A stretch of 63,102 bases of DNA, filler included, from Diploschistes diacapsis (Eukaryota): assembly GCA_023645945.1 (NCBI GenBank). It is 5 parts of 5 records of this genome, joined end to end, with 100 filler letters (N's around TTAATTAATTAA, not from the genome) between each part and the next. Parts side by side here need not be neighbours in the genome. Positions count along the whole stretch, not along the records: positions 55,194 to 63,102 come from JALAIB010001224.1; 4 more parts are not named here. One strand, 5' to 3'. The position numbers were made by a program, and so were the translations under genes. This document shows, piece after piece, positions 60,293 through 63,102 of the stretch; position 1 is the stretch's first letter, and every line of letters starts with the position of its first letter. Under the pieces are notes generated by a model, which worked only from the letters and a program-made list of their open reading frames with translations, made no database searches and was not told where the DNA came from.

Positions 60293-62176
60293 ATGAGTCC
60301 AGCGAAGGCCACGACAAGAAAAGAGCGTCCTGTGACCAGGTCTTCTGGGACGAAGCGGCTCATTGAGCTCGTGGACGGAAAAGCTCAAGTCCAGCAAAAG
60401 CAAGGATACTCGAAGCAAGCCAAACGAACTGCATCCCGTGATAAATCCAGAAAGGAAGCAACTGGCAGAGACAAAGGCCCGCAAGAGAAAGGTGCACAGC
60501 TAAGTCGTGCAAAGGGGGCAAGCAAGAATCAGGGTAGACAAAGTGTACAGCAGAATCGTGCAGCTGGGAAGCGTACTGGGAACGCTAGAGCTACTGTTAG
60601 TCCGAGACAAAAATGGTCAAAAGGTAGGTCAAAGCACGGAACCACCATCCCAGGCAACAGCGTTTAATGAGTTCGACAGTTGATGAAAACAAGAAAAGAA
60701 GGCCACCAGGGGTCGGGTCAGTGATTCAGGTATATATTCTACCCATTAGTGCTCTGATATGATAGAAATTAACGTCTGAAGGCTTCCAGGATTTGGAATT
60801 GGGCACAAGAAGTTAGGCCTGGCGGACCGCCACTTTTGCCAGAACGGCGGCGATCAGAAACACCAGGAATTCGCAGTTCTTCGTTAGAGCTAGAGAGTCA
60901 ACCTTATTCGTCCGAATCCGAATCCTCCTTGATCATGACTGAAAAAGGCAGTAGGAAGACATTTACGGGCTTGCGTCGGGCCCTTCAAGATCGGCAAATC
61001 CTGTTGGACCCCTCAAACTCAAAGGATAAGCGGCTAGAGGAACTACAGGGCAAATTGAAGGCAAAGTTGAAACCTCAATCCAAGGAGAGTACAGTCCAGC
61101 TTCTGGAACGTCTAAAGTCAGGCATTGTTAGCGCGATGAATTCAACAAGCAATCTTATGCTTTTGGATGCGCTGCTTATGCAACTGGATCAGTTCAAGTC
61201 CGAAATCAGGTATCCATTTTCACATCCAAAATACTTCAAGAGTCAGTTAAAGAAGTGCGCTTCAAGGTCTGAACATGTTCTTCAAAGGACTGTTATGATG
61301 AATTTGTTTCATACCTACTGGCTTCCGAAAATCTTCGAGTGGAATACCGAGGGGTTGTGGGAAGTCGATCCTGGCGCTCAGGTATTTTTGTCGTCTAAGG
61401 ACGAGACATTCACACGTCCCAAACCTGACTTATCGTTCGGGTTTGCGCAAGAGGCTTTCACCGACAAGCTCAACACTGCTGTAGCAGTTCCAGGTGACCT
61501 TGAAGTGGCGATTTCACCTGATGGTTATAGACAGCAAGTGTTTCCTTTCCTATTTGTTGAAGTTAAGAAAGGGGGTTGGGGTCTTGAGGAGGCCAAACTT
61601 GAAAATCTCCGAACTGCTGCCCGGGCGCTATATAACATTCACCGATGGTTTGAGCGGGCCAAACACTGCAACCTAGACCAGGATAAGGCCATTGAATTGA
61701 ACCAGTCTTTTCATGGTATTCGAGTTTTTACCTTCACATTCAATGCATCGGAGTTGGTCGTGCGAGTGCATCGAGCAGAAATTCTGAGGCCTGGCACGCT
61801 TGGATTTCCCGGCACACTCGCATATCACTTTGCCGACTTCTTTACTGTTGAACCAGGAGTGTACACTAGGGACCAGATATGCAATCTCTTCAACAATATT
61901 ATCAGTGATTACGCGGCCGAAGAGCTTTTCCCAATGCTACAAGCTGTTTACGAGGCAGTCCTTGACGGTGCTTTGAAAACCATAGTTGCTGCTGCTCCTA
62001 GTGCAGGCGTAGGAAAAAGTGGACCAGACCAGCAAGCGGGAAGATCCGACAATGGCGATGCTGATGAGGATAGACAAGAGTATGAAAAGAGTAGCGAGGG
62101 TGTTAATGACGAGGAACATGATGATTATCCAATGTCACCACAGCGTGGACACTTCTCCCAAGGATACCAGATGTGA
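60293..62176 (+). CDS. Hypothetical protein with PD-(D/E)XK-like nuclease motif and basic low-complexity N-terminus; 5' exon structure uncertain
   Basis: RPKPDLSFGF...VFPFLFVEVKK...AKLENL in a 446-aa ORF; upstream K/R-rich ORF 60293-60667 is a probable first exon. Confidence 0.72.
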
Positions 62177-62749
62177 CAGTTGACGCAGGACCCACACGCA
62201 TCTCAAGCAAGACGGGGCTCGCAGCCAAAGCGTAAGAGGCATGGTATCAATTACGGCCCTCCGTAAAGATCAAATAAGAAGAGCAGAGGAAACGGGGGGG
62301 GTAGAGGAAGTAGGAGAAAGAAGAATTAGTTCTCCCTCGCGCTAGCTGCGCATCAAAGTTGTATAACCTCAAAGAAATCTCGCTCACGAATGAGATTTAC
62401 ATACTATATTTCTATGATCATCCGGCCTTCATTTCAACAATTGCTCCAGTACCTTCACGAACATGAATACGTAGATGCGTGCTACTTTAACGATTTCGAT
62501 GTTGCCGGGACCGATTATTGGGTTCGTCGGTTCTTGGGGAAGTGTTATTCTGCCTTGTGGAGCACCTGTAATTTACAAGTAAGTTGGATTTTCCGGGAGT
62601 ACTTACCTGCACCATATAAATTTGTATGGAGCATCAGGTACTTCGGAAACCCTTTCTTGTTTATTTACTTTTTTGTTGCTTACTTCAATTTTTTTAGAGT
62701 AACGTGTTTCACAAGTCATCCGCCCACTTACCTTTCCTTTTACATGTTT

Positions 62750-63102
62750 TTAACCTTATGATAAAATTAATTCAGGCTATAATCAAATTTTTTATTTATT
62801 TAATTAGTACTATAGCGTTGCGAGTATGTACGAATAGTATATTCGTACGAATTATATAAATTATATCGTGATAGAACGCGCGTTTTTTGCGGAAGGGCAA
62901 TATGTTTTTTCGTAATTAAAATAATATTTATACTTGATTTTAAACGATTCTATCTTTTTTATACGGTTAAAACATTTTCTTATGATATAAAAGTAATTAG
63001 ATTCGATCGTTTTCGTTTTTACTTTAATTTGCGACGCGTAAAGCGACGTTGTCGTTAACGAGAAATATGGCGTTATATATCGTTATTTGACAGCCTTTAA
63101 AG
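62750..63102. repeat. AT-rich RIP-like repeat relic running off the window
   Basis: Abrupt AT enrichment with TpA excess and retained CpG, as in the Tc1 relic. Confidence 0.55.

Overview
Intron-containing filamentous ascomycete (Pezizomycotina-type) DNA, made of five contigs joined by artificial N-TTAATTAATTAA-N linkers, so adjacency across the gaps is unproven. Contig 1 (1-30979) starts with an oxidoreductase-rich block: a P450 without a membrane anchor, divergent from a cytochrome b5/b5-reductase fusion, then two aldo-keto reductases, two Zn2Cys6 factors and an SDR. Housekeeping genes follow (ARP9, ISN1, GT8, a mitochondrial carrier, GH72 Gel/Gas). Later contigs hold a disrupted PNP-NACHT-ankyrin NLR, a degenerate repeat peptide precursor, an RfeD-like gene, an MBL-fold gene, RNH202, a P450 pseudogene, RIP-damaged Tc1/mariner and hAT-like transposons, and a divergent pair of PD-(D/E)XK-fold genes. 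The most striking find is absent from the ORF track: a clean five-exon gene at 52883-53372 encoding an 80-aa protein with 17 cysteines in a strict (Cys-X-Asn/Asp)n repeat, partly built from 36-nt exons. All calls come from manual motif reading; no database searches were run.
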